Assembly: GCA_024626585.2 (NCBI GenBank)
Contig: JANKJI020000004.1
Coordinates: 68,999,261-69,018,519 of the forward strand
DNA: 19,259 nt
DNA from: Ginkgo biloba
Taxonomy: Eukaryota; Plantae; Ginkgophyta
Direction: 5' to 3'
Part shown: one piece after another, positions 7,493 to 18,056 of the stretch
Position numbering within the stretch: position 1 is the first letter of the stretch
How the letters are laid out: each line of letters starts with the position of its first letter
Made by a program: the position numbers and the translations under genes
Notes under the pieces: model-generated
The model's input: the letters and a program-made list of their open reading frames with translations, nothing else
Database searches by the model: none
Told to the model about the DNA's origin: nothing

Positions 7493-9733
7493 TTGTTACT
7501 GTCTCTCCTAAGCAACTTTATGCTCTTGCTCAACTACCACACTTTGATGCTCTACTTGAGGCCTTTGTCTCTTTGCCTCTTGCATAGTTTGAGAATTGGC
7601 CAATTATTGCTCCATGGTCAAATGATGCTCCTTTTGAATTTTCATTCTCTTAGCCTCTAGCTATATCTTACACTACTCTCATATTCGAGATATCTCTATC
7701 TCTAGTATCCTTTGCTGCTCTTACCAAAATGTAGCCAACTTTGCTTCCAATTTCTATACTTCTCCATCTTTGCCTAACATCGTGCCTACATATCTGCATG
7801 CTCTTGTTGGAGCTTCCTTGTTCTAAACAACCTTTTGTTGAACGTTTTCAAGTTTATTCTTTGTCTCTCCTAAGTAGTTTGTATTTGATGAATGACCCAC
7901 ATAACAGTTTTTGCCTTTAATTGCGATCCATAACGATTTGTTGATAAGAGGTTGTGTGTAGGGATCAACTTTTGGCTAAAACTTTAGCTTTGTCACTCCT
8001 CCCATATTCATATTTTAGATGTGTGATACCCAAGCGTCTAGTTTTTATTTTGCTTGCTCATGTAGCTTCTATCTCTACTTATAGCTTCTATATCTACTTA
8101 GGTTTACAATTATGAAAGACTTGAAATTTCCTAGGCCAAAAGTTGCGTCTAGTCTTCCTTAAGTTATATATTGTTTAATACCTTAGTAGTTGCTATAGCC
8201 TAATTCAACCCATTTATCAATCTATTCAATACCTTGTCCTAGTGTCGTAATGACCTTTTGTGTATTGATCTGGGATCTATGGAAGGTATTGAAGATATAG
8301 GGCCCTTTGATTGTGCTAGAACCTCTCGCTATATAACTTATGGAGGAGTCTTATATTGTATAACTCTCTAAGTTAGGTGTCATTGCTAGTAGAGGAGTTT
8401 GAATCTCCTATAATGATTGCTATAGGCATAGATCTAGACCTACTTGTATGTCTTCTATATCTGGAGGCAACTTTGCATCACCAATTCTCGAGTCTCCAAT
8501 AATCAACTGAGTCAAGTAAGCTTTTGCATCTCTCTCTTGTTTGTCATTCTCAAACAGTTCTTGTCATTGGTATTCCGAAGGGATTGGTGTTATTGACGTC
8601 TGCCCAAGCGTTGGAGATGAATTGGTTGATATTATGGTGAATTTATTGGCCCTCAAGGAATTTGTGGTGGTGCTCTAAGAGTTGGATTCTTCCTCGTTCT
8701 CCAAGGTTGTGTCCCTCTTCCCTCAATGCTTTTAAGCTCCTTCAAATTTGAGTCCTTTGAAGTTTTTTGACTCCTCCTCCTCTTCTTCCTTGCTAGTGGT
8801 CTCCATCCCATTATCTATTTTTCTTTCCATTACTATTAGATGGTTCCCTTTATGGAAAGTGTCCCTTTGTTGATGACCATTAGGAGTAAATTGTTGCCAT
8901 TGCAAAGTAGAAGTGATGCTAATTTGAATTTGCTTAGTGGTGGTACTAGCATCATCATGATAAACCTAGTAGATAGAGAGATAGATTAAATTTCTAGTAG
9001 GGTTTTATAACACAATTTCAAATGCTTTACAGGTTCTGGCTGACAAAAATTTCCATTAGTTATATTGCTTCCCTTCCAATATCCCTACGAATATAGAACT
9101 AGCCAAATGGGCAAGTCATTGCAACACTATTCCTCCATAGTCGACAAGACATGAGAGCTGCCACTATATGCAATTCTTCTGACTTTGAGTTGGGTACCTC
9201 AACATCCTAATCCCTACTCTATGCTCTTGGAATGGTATAGGGTTCTCAAATTCAAGATGTTTTTGATCCTAAATGATATTAACTTGGGGTTTTATCACCT
9301 CTTCCTTTGAGTTGAGCAATGACATAAGTCATTGTAAATCATGTGGTTCATAATTTTTTTTGATTCCATTAATCCAAGAAATCCTAGCTTGGGGGTCATG
9401 GCCTTTCCACATTTGCTCCAATAAGTCCATCATTTTCCCAAGCATTGGGACAATGATACAATGTGTGACTCCTACCTACTTCAACATATGTTTGACATAT
9501 TCATTGGGTAGAGTGGCTGCCCACCATGTTTGCCTAGGGGGTAATGACAAGTTGCCATGTGAGTTTCTTAGCATTCCCCCAAATCCCCTCTTTCTTAGGA
9601 TCCCATCCCTTAATCGATGTTTCAACGTTTTTTCATTGGGAATGGTCTTTGCCCACCCGTTCGACTTAGGGATCCACTAACCTTTGGCATCATGTTTTTG
9701 ATAAGTTTTGTTCAATATTTGCCATCTAGCCAT
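7493..9733 (-). pseudogene. Fossil accessory ORF of an LTR retrotransposon: PMD/transposon-protein-like N-terminal domain, acidic/Ser-Thr linker, C-terminal coiled coil
   Basis: One frame reads protein-like from ~9733 to ~8340: TWWAATLPNEYVKHMLK*VGV...LLEQMWKGHDPQARISWINGIKKNYEPHDLQ*LMSL...GILEGKQYN*WKFLSAR...SKEEEEEESK. After frameshifts, 7800-7495 reads DGEV*KLEAKLATFW*EQQRILEIEISRI*E*CKI*LEAKRMKIQKEH. Confidence 0.65.
8063..8100 (+). repeat. 19-bp tandem duplication
   Basis: TAGCTTCTATCTCTACTTA is followed by TAGCTTCTATATCTACTTA, with 1 mismatch. Confidence 0.9.
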
Positions 9734-10809
9734 AAGAGCAGAAAAAGAATTAAAATGCTCAACTTAAAAAAAATTAACACCCGAATACCTAGAGGAGCAA
9801 GTGCCTAAACTTGGTCCGTTGAAGATGGCTTAACCTTGGATGGTGACTTGCTCTAGGACATTTGCAACTTCCTTGTAGATAACTCCTCAATGGCTTTCAA
9901 TCATTACTTGAACAATTGTTGAAAGCAATGGGGTGTGTGACTATTCCCCAACACTTCTATGGTAATTAGCATTAATTCTTGCTCATTAATTCACTCCACA
10001 AACATTTCTCAAGCTCTGATACTTTTTTTTTCCCTTTTGCCTNNNNNNNNNNNNNNNNNNNNAATACCATGGGATTTTTAAATTAGTTAGAAACCAAGTC
10101 CCTTCATAAATCCATCTTTGCCAAGTGCTTCTTTTGTGGAATAAATGGTAGACAAGTGGAAGACGAACATACCATCAACTCATACTAACGAATTTCCTAG
10201 TGTATTAATGTCATGTGTGAGAAGCTCATCAGTCGCATGTATAGAAAAACAAAAAAAATTAATATTTTTNNNNNNNNNNNNNNNNNNNNNNNNNNNNNNN
10301 NNNNNNNNNNNNNNNNNNNNNNNNNNNNNNNNNNNNNNNNNNNNNNNNNNNNNNNNNNNNNNNNNNNNNNNNNNNNNNNNNNNNNNNNNNNNNNNNNNNN
10401 NNNNNNNNNNNNNNNNNNNNNNNNNNNNNNNNNNNNNNNNNNNNNNNNNNNNNNNNNNNNNNNNNNNNNNNNNNNGGTATAGGGAATTAAAATTTCTAAA
10501 TAGATAAAAATATTACATAAAATCATAAGTTTGGTGTTGTAAATTTTATAATAGTAGTCATTACCTCATAAATAGCCTTAGTATCCTAATTAAGCTTGTG
10601 GTGAGATTTTTAGATAGGTACAAAACCCAAGTTGACTAAATTTTTTGAAATATTGCATGTGGACTATCACTTGCTTTGTTGTCCCTTTCCCAAAAGCTTA
10701 TAATAGCCTACTATTTGATCTTCAAATAGTTCCTAGGGTGCATAACAAAGATTAATATTTGTTGGGACAAAGGATAATTAATGGTTGGCTACTTCGTGGT
10801 TGTTGTCAT

Positions 10810-11930
10810 CCCCTTTCGAAAAATATATAAGTGCTAGTGATACTTGTCTATTGTTTACTTCACTTTGTTCTCCCATCATAAATGATAATGTGTTATTGGG
10901 AAACTCCACTTGCTACTTGAGAATGAGGACAAATGCTTATCAAGCTTGTATTGCATTGTTCACCCATTGTATTTAGTGGTAGCTTTTTCAATAACCCTTT
11001 TTGTTTGAATCCCTGAAATTTGAGTATCATTGAGATCATTGATTAATCAATTGATTCATTGTTAATTTATTGGTTCTGATGCTAAAATTTGTGGGCTTTT
11101 TTAGTTCAAGTAGAATCTTGGGTTTTGAGGAGGTCTTCCTCTTAATTATGGGCTAACTATCACCAAGTATGAGGCTTTAGACGTTCATTTGGTTGATGGT
11201 TTTGTTTGAACTTTGCTTCATGTAAGACATGTAATGCACCTTGAGTTTGGTCTTGCTTGAGCTTCTAGAATTTATGAGATTGACCATCAGGTATATTAAT
11301 GCTAGTATTTTTTCTTCGACCTTTTGATTAATCCCACTTCTTTCCATTATTTGAGTATCAAAGAGCACGACCCATAAGACATAGATTTGAATCCTCTTTT
11401 CATCCTCAGAATTTGTGTTTCATGGCTAATTCGAACAACAAGGCTTGAACCTTTTGCAATGGTTTCTCATTGGAAGAAAACTACATACTGTAATTCGTGT
11501 GTCTTGGGTTCTCATAGCTTGGGCATCATCTTTTATCACAATTATGAGTAATATGTTCCCAATTATTTGTAATGTCCAAGGAAATAGTACCTCATTTCCA
11601 GTTCCCATATCTACTTGCAAATATTACAAAAACTCAATGAATGCAAGTGAGGGTACCTCCATCATATCACAATTTTATTCTTATTACTTACTTCCTTACT
11701 GTTACTAACAATCAAGATAAACCTCCCAATAGCTTGCCACCTTTTGATTTGGATGATGTTGTCTTTTACCATTCTACTCGTAGGAACTCCAATATTCCTT
11801 TGTCATAATATTGCGATTGTATTTGAGTTACCCAATTATGTAGTAAGGTTCTATATAAAGTGCCTTTGTATCTGTCATGGTTGTCGAATTTCTAGAACTT
11901 TTGTGGATAATTGATTTGTTAATTCACTAG
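10810..11930 (+). pseudogene. Highly decayed Tat/Ogre-like gag-protease relic
   Basis: PFEKYISASDTCLLFTSLCSPIINDNVLL (~10812) resembles the gag N-terminal F.KY.G..DP motif. ELPNYVVRFYIKCLCICHGCRISRTFVDN*FVN (Asp codon 11906) resembles the Tat/Ogre protease PLYI...I.R.LVDNGS.VN motif. Confidence 0.5.
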
Positions 11931-12320
11931 ATTTTGAGGTTCCCATGGATGGGCCCAAAATTCCATTGGTTGCAAAACCTGACAAACAAGCCATAACAAT
12001 AGAATCCTATCTAAAAGTTAGCGATGCATCAAGTTTCATTAAGAGTAGAGGGATTAAAAGACCTGGAACTTTGTTGGATCATGTAGTTTCTTTGCAACTA
12101 GAGCCTTAGGCAACGTAAAAAGTTCTCACATACTGATAGTTGCAAATAATGTTGTAGCAGATATGTCAAGAAGATTACTATGTGGCGTGCCTAGAGTAAA
12201 TATAATTATTGTTGCTATTGAATCACTAAGGAAGCCCTACGTACTTTATTCTTCCCACTGATTGTTTTTTGATGTAGGAGCATCCCTATAAGACCCTGAC
12301 AAGTTGCCCATTTGTCATAT

Positions 12321-12451
12321 TGTACATTAAGGGGCAAACCGACGTCATCAGGCAAAATCGACACCGACATGAGTTGGTTGACATCGTCAGGGAACGGATA
12401 GTCTACACCGACACGAGCTGGTCGACAACGTCGGTGATGAAGCACCAGATG
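12321..12451 (+). mobile_element. Start of a CpG-rich (younger) LTR-like insertion with a 44-bp-period internal repeat
   Basis: There is an abrupt start at TGTACATTAAGGGGCAAA. ACACCGACATGAGTTGGTTGACATCGTC (12361-12388) matches ACACCGACACGAGCTGGTCGACAACGTC (12405-12432). The segment runs into an N gap. Confidence 0.5.
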
Positions 12452-12529
12452 NNNNNNNNNNNNNNNNNNNNNNNNNNNNNNNNNNNNNNNNNNNNNNNNN
12501 NNNNNNNNNNNNNNNNNNNNNNNNNNNCC

Positions 12530-13320
12530 TTTTATCAATGCTGTGTGTAGGGTGCCCAATTATTCATGTTCCTCTTTCATTACTTTCCTCCCAAGAATTG
12601 CTCCATGTCTTCTAGAGAGAAGCACCTTCTTTCTGGGGGGTTATTATGTCAACCACGCCAACGATCCTTTTTGTAATCCTCCCCAAATATCTTGTTGTGA
12701 AATGTCTTGAGCTATCGTGCGAGGATACAACCTCCATTTTATGTGCCAAAAATTAGTATCTATTCCTCTTGCCCTTAGGTTCCATTAGAGTTGGGGAAAT
12801 AATTCTTGCTTTACCTTAGTCATTTGGTTCCAATCTTTGGATCCTCTAGAATTTTTGAGACTCAATCCTTTAAGTAATTATTTAATGTAATCTTCCCAAG
12901 GTATTTATGTCTTTGGATTATTTTCCATAGGTTTCACCTTGGTTGAATGAATTCTCATAGCCTTTTTGCTCTTGATTTAAAAAACAGAATCATTTATATT
13001 GAGGCCTCCTTTTGATTTTGGGGGCATCATACATTTCCAACTCATATGTGTGAAAAAATCAATGTTCCTCCCTCCCCTTCCAAAGATATCTTGTGCAAAA
13101 TTGTTTGCAACCTTTCAAGTACCTTGCGGGGCAACAAAAAATATTAGATGATAGAGAGGCATAACCATGATGGTTGATTGAAGGATGGTCCTTATTTCTT
13201 GCATATTTTGATGTGATGCAGGCCATGATTGGGTTTTCCTTGTAATTTTTTGGAAGTAAGTTTCCTAGTCCTTAACTAGCATGCTTTTAAGCTCTAGTGG
13301 AAATCCTATATAGTGGACTT
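12530..13320 (-). mobile_element. L1-clade LINE ORF2 fragment (RT thumb and downstream region), pseudogenised
   Basis: The motifs occur in order with frameshifts: VHYIGFPL...FQKITRKTQSW...TILQSTIMVMPLY...RYLWKG...MSWKCMMPPKSKGGLNIND...AKRL*EF...LWKIIQRHKYL...GSKDWNQM...L*WNLR...TNFWHIKW. They match the plant L1 YLGLPL / W..VC.PK..GGLGI / FW.D.W series. Confidence 0.92.
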
Positions 13321-13340
13321 GATTATTGGAGCGTTATAAT

Positions 13341-14148
13341 TGTAAGCCCAAATTTGTGTGTGTCAGCAGGATAACTACGACATGATGACAACATGGCGAA
13401 AACAACAACAAAGGATGTAATATTGACAATACACTAACATAAAGACTCGTTTGTGATGAATGATGTGGTTGCCTGAAAATAATGATGTGGCTGCATGAAT
13501 GATGATGTTGCAACATTTATTACCTAATAATGATAGACTTAGCACAATCATTGTAGCTCTACAATAGGAAACAACCTCAACAAACTATATGAATGTTCGT
13601 ATGGATTGCATGGATAGTTCATACTCCCATTCGTTCGACTGCTTGTATGTTTGTTCGTATAGTATGGACTACATGGATTTCATACAACACAGACATGCAA
13701 AAAATGTATTAAATAAGGAGATTGAATGGTGCATGATTTGAGTTATTAAATGAGGCATTAATGATCACTAATGAGGTCATATTGAGTGAACATTTGTCAT
13801 TAATGAAGAGTGAAAATTAGGGTTCTATCATTTCAGTTTGAAAAATTATGNNNNNNNNNNNNNNNNNNNNNNNNNNNNNNNNNNNNNNNNNNNNNNNNNN
13901 NNNNNNNNNNNNNNNNNNNNNNNNNNNNNNNNNNNNNNNNNGTGAGAGTCCATTCTCCAGAGTTTTATGTCCATGTATTATCCTTAATGAATGATGAATG
14001 GGATATTATACCCTTAATTATGTCTTGATATTCGTGCAATGCTTCAATGATGTTTATTTGTAGTAAATGCATGCCCTAATCTTTATATATGCACGCTAAC
14101 TTATTTGCTTGTTGTGGGCTCCTTATGGGGACCCATTATTAGTCAACA
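13341..14148 (+). repeat. 5' LTR
   Basis: It starts at TG (13341 TGTAAGCCC, or 13361 TGTCAGCAGG where homology to the 3' copy begins) and ends ...TAGTCAACA at 14148, directly before a PBS-like sequence. It contains short internal repeats (AATGATGTGG.TGC x2). Confidence 0.7.
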
Positions 14149-14166
14149 TTTGATTTTGTTGTTGAT
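14149..14166 (+). other. Decayed primer-binding site, tRNA-Asp type
   Basis: CA|TTTGATTTTGTTGTTGA compares with the canonical CA|TTTGGCGCCGTTGCCGG, and the differences are mostly C>T and G>A transitions. Confidence 0.5.
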
Positions 14167-14871
14167 ACCTTGTTGAAATTTTGAGGAGAGAACGGACACA
14201 AGCATCGTCGAGAGGAGATCCTAATCACAAGGCGAGGTCAACTAGGCAAAGTTGATGCTCAAATTATGAATGACCCTAGCTATGAACGTGATGATGAGTT
14301 CTAACGAAACCCACCCATATCCAGAGGGTCTTCTGATGTTGCCAAGAGGTTGAAAGGACACCAAACTAGTGGTGAAGAAAGAGAAGGGCAATGAATCATA
14401 TTCATTGGATGATGGAGCAAGAAGTAATATGAAGACGACAACAAAGTAAAATGCCCGATGAATTGTAGCATAAAACAACTAATTGAGGCCCCAGGTGAAA
14501 TAGTGTAGGACACCTTGTAGGGAGCGAGTAGCTATAACAATGCTTACCTTTACCAAAAAGACATAACGTAAGAGGAACTGCATCAGACACTAGATGAAGT
14601 AGCCACAAGCAAAATTGAAATGGAGATAAGACCAAAAGTGACAGAAGAAGAAAATATATGGCTCAGTCTTGATCTCAATGCAAAAGCAGGAGGAGATCCC
14701 CTAGTATTCGAAGTCAAAACTCCATCAATTAAGAATATATTTGCCACCATCCAAGCCAAGTTTTAATTGAGCGTACTAGTAGAAGATGTAACTAGTAGTT
14801 CGAGTTTAGAAGGATCTAAAGAATGAAGGCAAACTTTATTGATAGAGGCGCTACAATCGTAAACCCCATCT

Positions 14872-15186
14872 AGCGTACATAAAAATCCATTGTATAAAAC
14901 TATGGCAAAGCTACCACCCTTTGAGTTCCTGAACCTCTAGTAGGAGTCCTTGCTAGGGGGTCATTCGGACAACTTATGTTCCAACTAATTGATGGGGGGA
15001 ATCAATGGTCATAATCAAGACAGGCAAAATAATAGCAGTAGATCTAGAGCATATTGCATGAACTTCATGAATAATAATAACCATACTCAATTTAACGCCG
15101 CAATGAATTGGAATAATGGGCATAATCAAAACACCTCATTTAGATATAACTCCAACTAATTTGGAGACAGAATAAATTCTCTAGTA
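14872..15186 (+). pseudogene. Asn-rich gag N-terminal region
   Basis: It reads SVHKNPLYKTMAKLPPFEF...NGHNQDRQNNSSRS...NFMNNNNHTQFNAAMNWNNGHNQN in one frame with 4 stops, and lies between the PBS and the gag core. Confidence 0.45.
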
Positions 15187-15992
15187 NNNNNNNNNNNNNN
15201 NNNNNNNNNNNNNNNNNNNNNNNNNNNNNNNNNNNNNNNNNNNNNNNNNNNNNNNNNNNNNNNNNNNNNNNNNNNNNNNNNNNNNNNNNNNNNNNNNNNN
15301 NNNNNNNNNNNNNNNNNNNNNNNNNNNNNNNNNNNNNNNNNNNNNNNNNNNNNNNNNNNNNNNNNNNNNNNNNNNNNNNNNNNNNNNNNNNNNNNNNNNN
15401 NNNNNNNNNNNNNNNNNNNNNNNNNNNNNNNNNNNNNNNNNNNNNNNNNNNNNNNNNNNNNNNNNNNNNNNNNNNNNNNNNNNNNNNNNNNNNNNNNNNN
15501 NNNNNNNNNNNNNNNNNNNNNNNNNNNNNNNNNNNNNNNNNNNNNNNNNNNNNNNNNNNNNNNNNNNNNNNNNNNNNNNNNNNNNNNNNNNNNNNNNNNN
15601 NNNNNNNNNNNNNNNNNNNNNNNNNNNNNNNNNNNNNNNNNNNNNNNNNNNNNNNNNNNNNNNNNNNNNNNNNNNNNNNNNNNNNNNNNNNNNNNNNNNN
15701 NNNNNNNNNNNNNNNNNNNNNNNNNNNNNNNNNNNNNNNNNNNNNNNNNNNNNNNNNNNNNNNNNNNNNNNNNNNNNNNNNNNNNNNNNNNNNNNNNNNN
15801 NNNNNNNNNNNNNNNNNNNNNNNNNNNNNNNNNNNNNNNNNNNNNNNNNNNNNNNNNNNNNNNNNNNNNNNNNNNNNNNNNNNNNNNNNNNNNNNNNNNN
15901 NNNNNNNNNNNNNNNNNNNNNNNNNNNNNNNNNNNNNNNNNNNNNNNNNNNNNNNNNNNNNNNNNNNNNNNNNNNNNNNNNNNNNNNNNNNN

Positions 15993-16910
15993 CCTTTCCA
16001 CCCTTCCAAGCCAAGCCCTACTATGGTTTTAGTGTGTAAGACATCGTTCATGTGCAGTCGTTTGGGAACTTTTCCTAGATAGATTCTAGACTTGCGTGAC
16101 CCTACAATAATATACAAGGCGCTCAAGGAAATTAAACAAAGATTTGGTGTGATAGTCCTAAATTATGATGGAAAATGACAAGCCTTGACTTCAAACTTGA
16201 TGGTTCCACATATGGTCATACCAATTGCTATGGTGAATTGCCTTGTGGATGGATTGTTGCTCCCTATTAACAAAAAATACAACACCATTTGATAGAGAGC
16301 CACAAGCAAGTATGACATTGTCGATAGTGTTTGAAAAACAAATGTGCATGGTTGCATTGAACCCATAGCAACCAAACTTGTAGCCAGAAGATTTTGCATT
16401 TGATTATTCGTCATATGCTTGTTTGAATATGAATAGGATGACCCCAAAAACCAAGGAGAGGGATGATAAGATTGAGAAACTTTGCGTCAAATTTACTAAA
16501 TTGAAACTCGAAAAAACAAGAATCAAGAGAATGCACTCTAAAGCCAATAGGAAACAAGATTGATGGTAATCAGCTAGCCTGAATGGATCAAAGTAATACC
16601 ACCAGAATACCTTGGTGTGTGATTTGCAAGAAAGATACACATGACACCAAAGACTATTATTGAATCCCTTGTAATTGCTAGAATGGTCAACATCGAGGAC
16701 GAGGAAAGAGAGGCGGTTATAGGGGCAACAAATATAATAACCGCAGCATAAATACCAGGGAGCTAATTGAAATGACTAGACCCCAACACTTCATTACATG
16801 CACTGTCTAACTTGGGGGCACATATCATGAGATTGCTTGCATATGCAGAATAACAAGGGCTTGGTGTGTAAAAACTGTGGTTTGGGAGATCACACGTTGA
16901 AGAGCTGCCC
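15993..16910 (+). pseudogene. gag: gag core with three CCHC zinc knuckles
   Basis: The core reads STLPSQALLWF*...WELFLDRF / IYKALKEIKQRFGVIVLNYDGK*QAL...CLVDGLLLPI. The knuckles are CVICKKDTHDTKDY (16616-16657), YMHCLTWGHIS*DC (16795-16836) and CKNCGLGDHTLKSC (16867-16908). Confidence 0.85.
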
Positions 16911-17389
16911 TCAAAAGGATAAATGTGTAAAACTAGTAAACAAAACCATGGATGAAAAGAAAACTTACGATACGAATGCGTGCACTTAGTTAGGAAAGAA
17001 AACAAAAAACTGCAAAGCAAGTGGAGAAGGACTTTACAAATTTAAAAAAGGAGGATTGTTTCCTTGTTAGTAAGGAAGTGCTCGAAGTAANNNNNNNNNN
17101 NNNNNNNNNNNNNNNNNNNNNNNNNNNNNNNNNNNNNNNNNNNNNNNNNNNNNNNNNNNNNNNNNNNNNNNNNNNNNNNNNNNNNNNNNNNNNNNNNNNN
17201 NNNNNNNNNNNNNNNNNNNNNNNNNNNNNNNNNNNNNNNNNNNNNNNNNNNNNNNNNNNNNNNNNNNNNNNNNNNNNNNNNNNNNNNNNNNNNNNNNNNN
17301 NNNNNNNNNNNNNNNNNNNNNNNNNNNNNNNNNNNNNNNNNNNNNNNNNNNNNNNNNNNNNNNNNNNNNNNNNNNNNNNNNNNNNNNNN

Positions 17390-17558
17390 ATCATTGCATT
17401 TATTTATATTGACTCATGGAAGATATTTGATTTATTAGTTGTGTTTATTTATATGAATATATGCAATTATGATCATGATGGTTATGCTTTATTATGTTGT
17501 GGAAATTTTTATGTAAATTGCTAACCAAAGTTGTAGGCTTAAGGTGAGGATTGTGACA
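17390..17558 (+). mobile_element. 3' end of a nested LTR
   Basis: This AT-rich non-coding stretch ends GGTGAGGATTGTGACA, and protease-coding sequence resumes right after it. Confidence 0.55.
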
Positions 17559-17561
17559 ACT

Positions 17562-17860
17562 ATTGGGTAACATCATTGAAAAATCCATCGTAAATGGCAA
17601 TCAACAATTAACATCATGCTTGAAAATATGTGGAAGGCAATAAGAAGCTTGACAATTATACTAACTCATTATACACACTATGGTTGAGTGGTCCCATCTT
17701 TGACCCTTAGGGATAGTTGAAAATGTACCCATCATAGTGGCAATAGTAGTCATTTTACAACATTTTGCTGTGTTACAAATGCTCACTAGAGGGCAATCGT
17801 ACCTTGCCTTACCTAAGTCCCTATAGGATTGGGGAAGCTATATGTTTACTTTATGACAAA
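17562..17860 (+). pseudogene. pro: Retrotransposon aspartic protease, decayed (catalytic Asp mutated to Asn)
   Basis: It reads IEKSIVNG/STINIMLENMWKAI.../PLGIVENVPIIVAIVVILQHFAVLQMLTRGQSYLAL...DWGS, matching the IVDGGS.VNIM...PLG...NV...F.V...YP.LLGRPW pattern. AAT sits at 17593 where GAT is expected. Confidence 0.8.
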
Positions 17861-18006
17861 GTATTAAATCAGTAACACTATTGATGGTTGTAGACAAATT
17901 GACGTTTGTAAAAGTTGGGGATGATGCATCGAGTACGATAGTATCTTTTGAGGACTCGGTTGGTTCATATTCAAAATTTGCATATCATTGTGGAGCCAAG
18001 AATGAT

Positions 18007-18056
18007 GAGGCATACAAACCCAACACACGAGGCATACAAACCCAAAACATGAGGCA
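18007..18056 (+). repeat. 22-bp tandem repeat, 2.3 copies
   Basis: GAGGCATACAAACCCAACACAC GAGGCATACAAACCCAAAACAT GAGGCA. Confidence 0.9.

Noticed and set aside
9360-9680. 106-aa plus-strand ORF
   Set aside because: It is the shadow frame of the minus-strand fossil ORF.
10013-10022. GTATCAGAGC (minus strand) resembling the tRNA-iMet PBS
   Set aside because: It lacks the leading TG and is preceded by poly-A rather than an LTR CA end.
10710-10736. Helitron 3' end (9-bp hairpin followed by CTAG)
   Set aside because: The hairpin is AT-rich and only 2 nt from CTAG, and the next base is G rather than the expected T.
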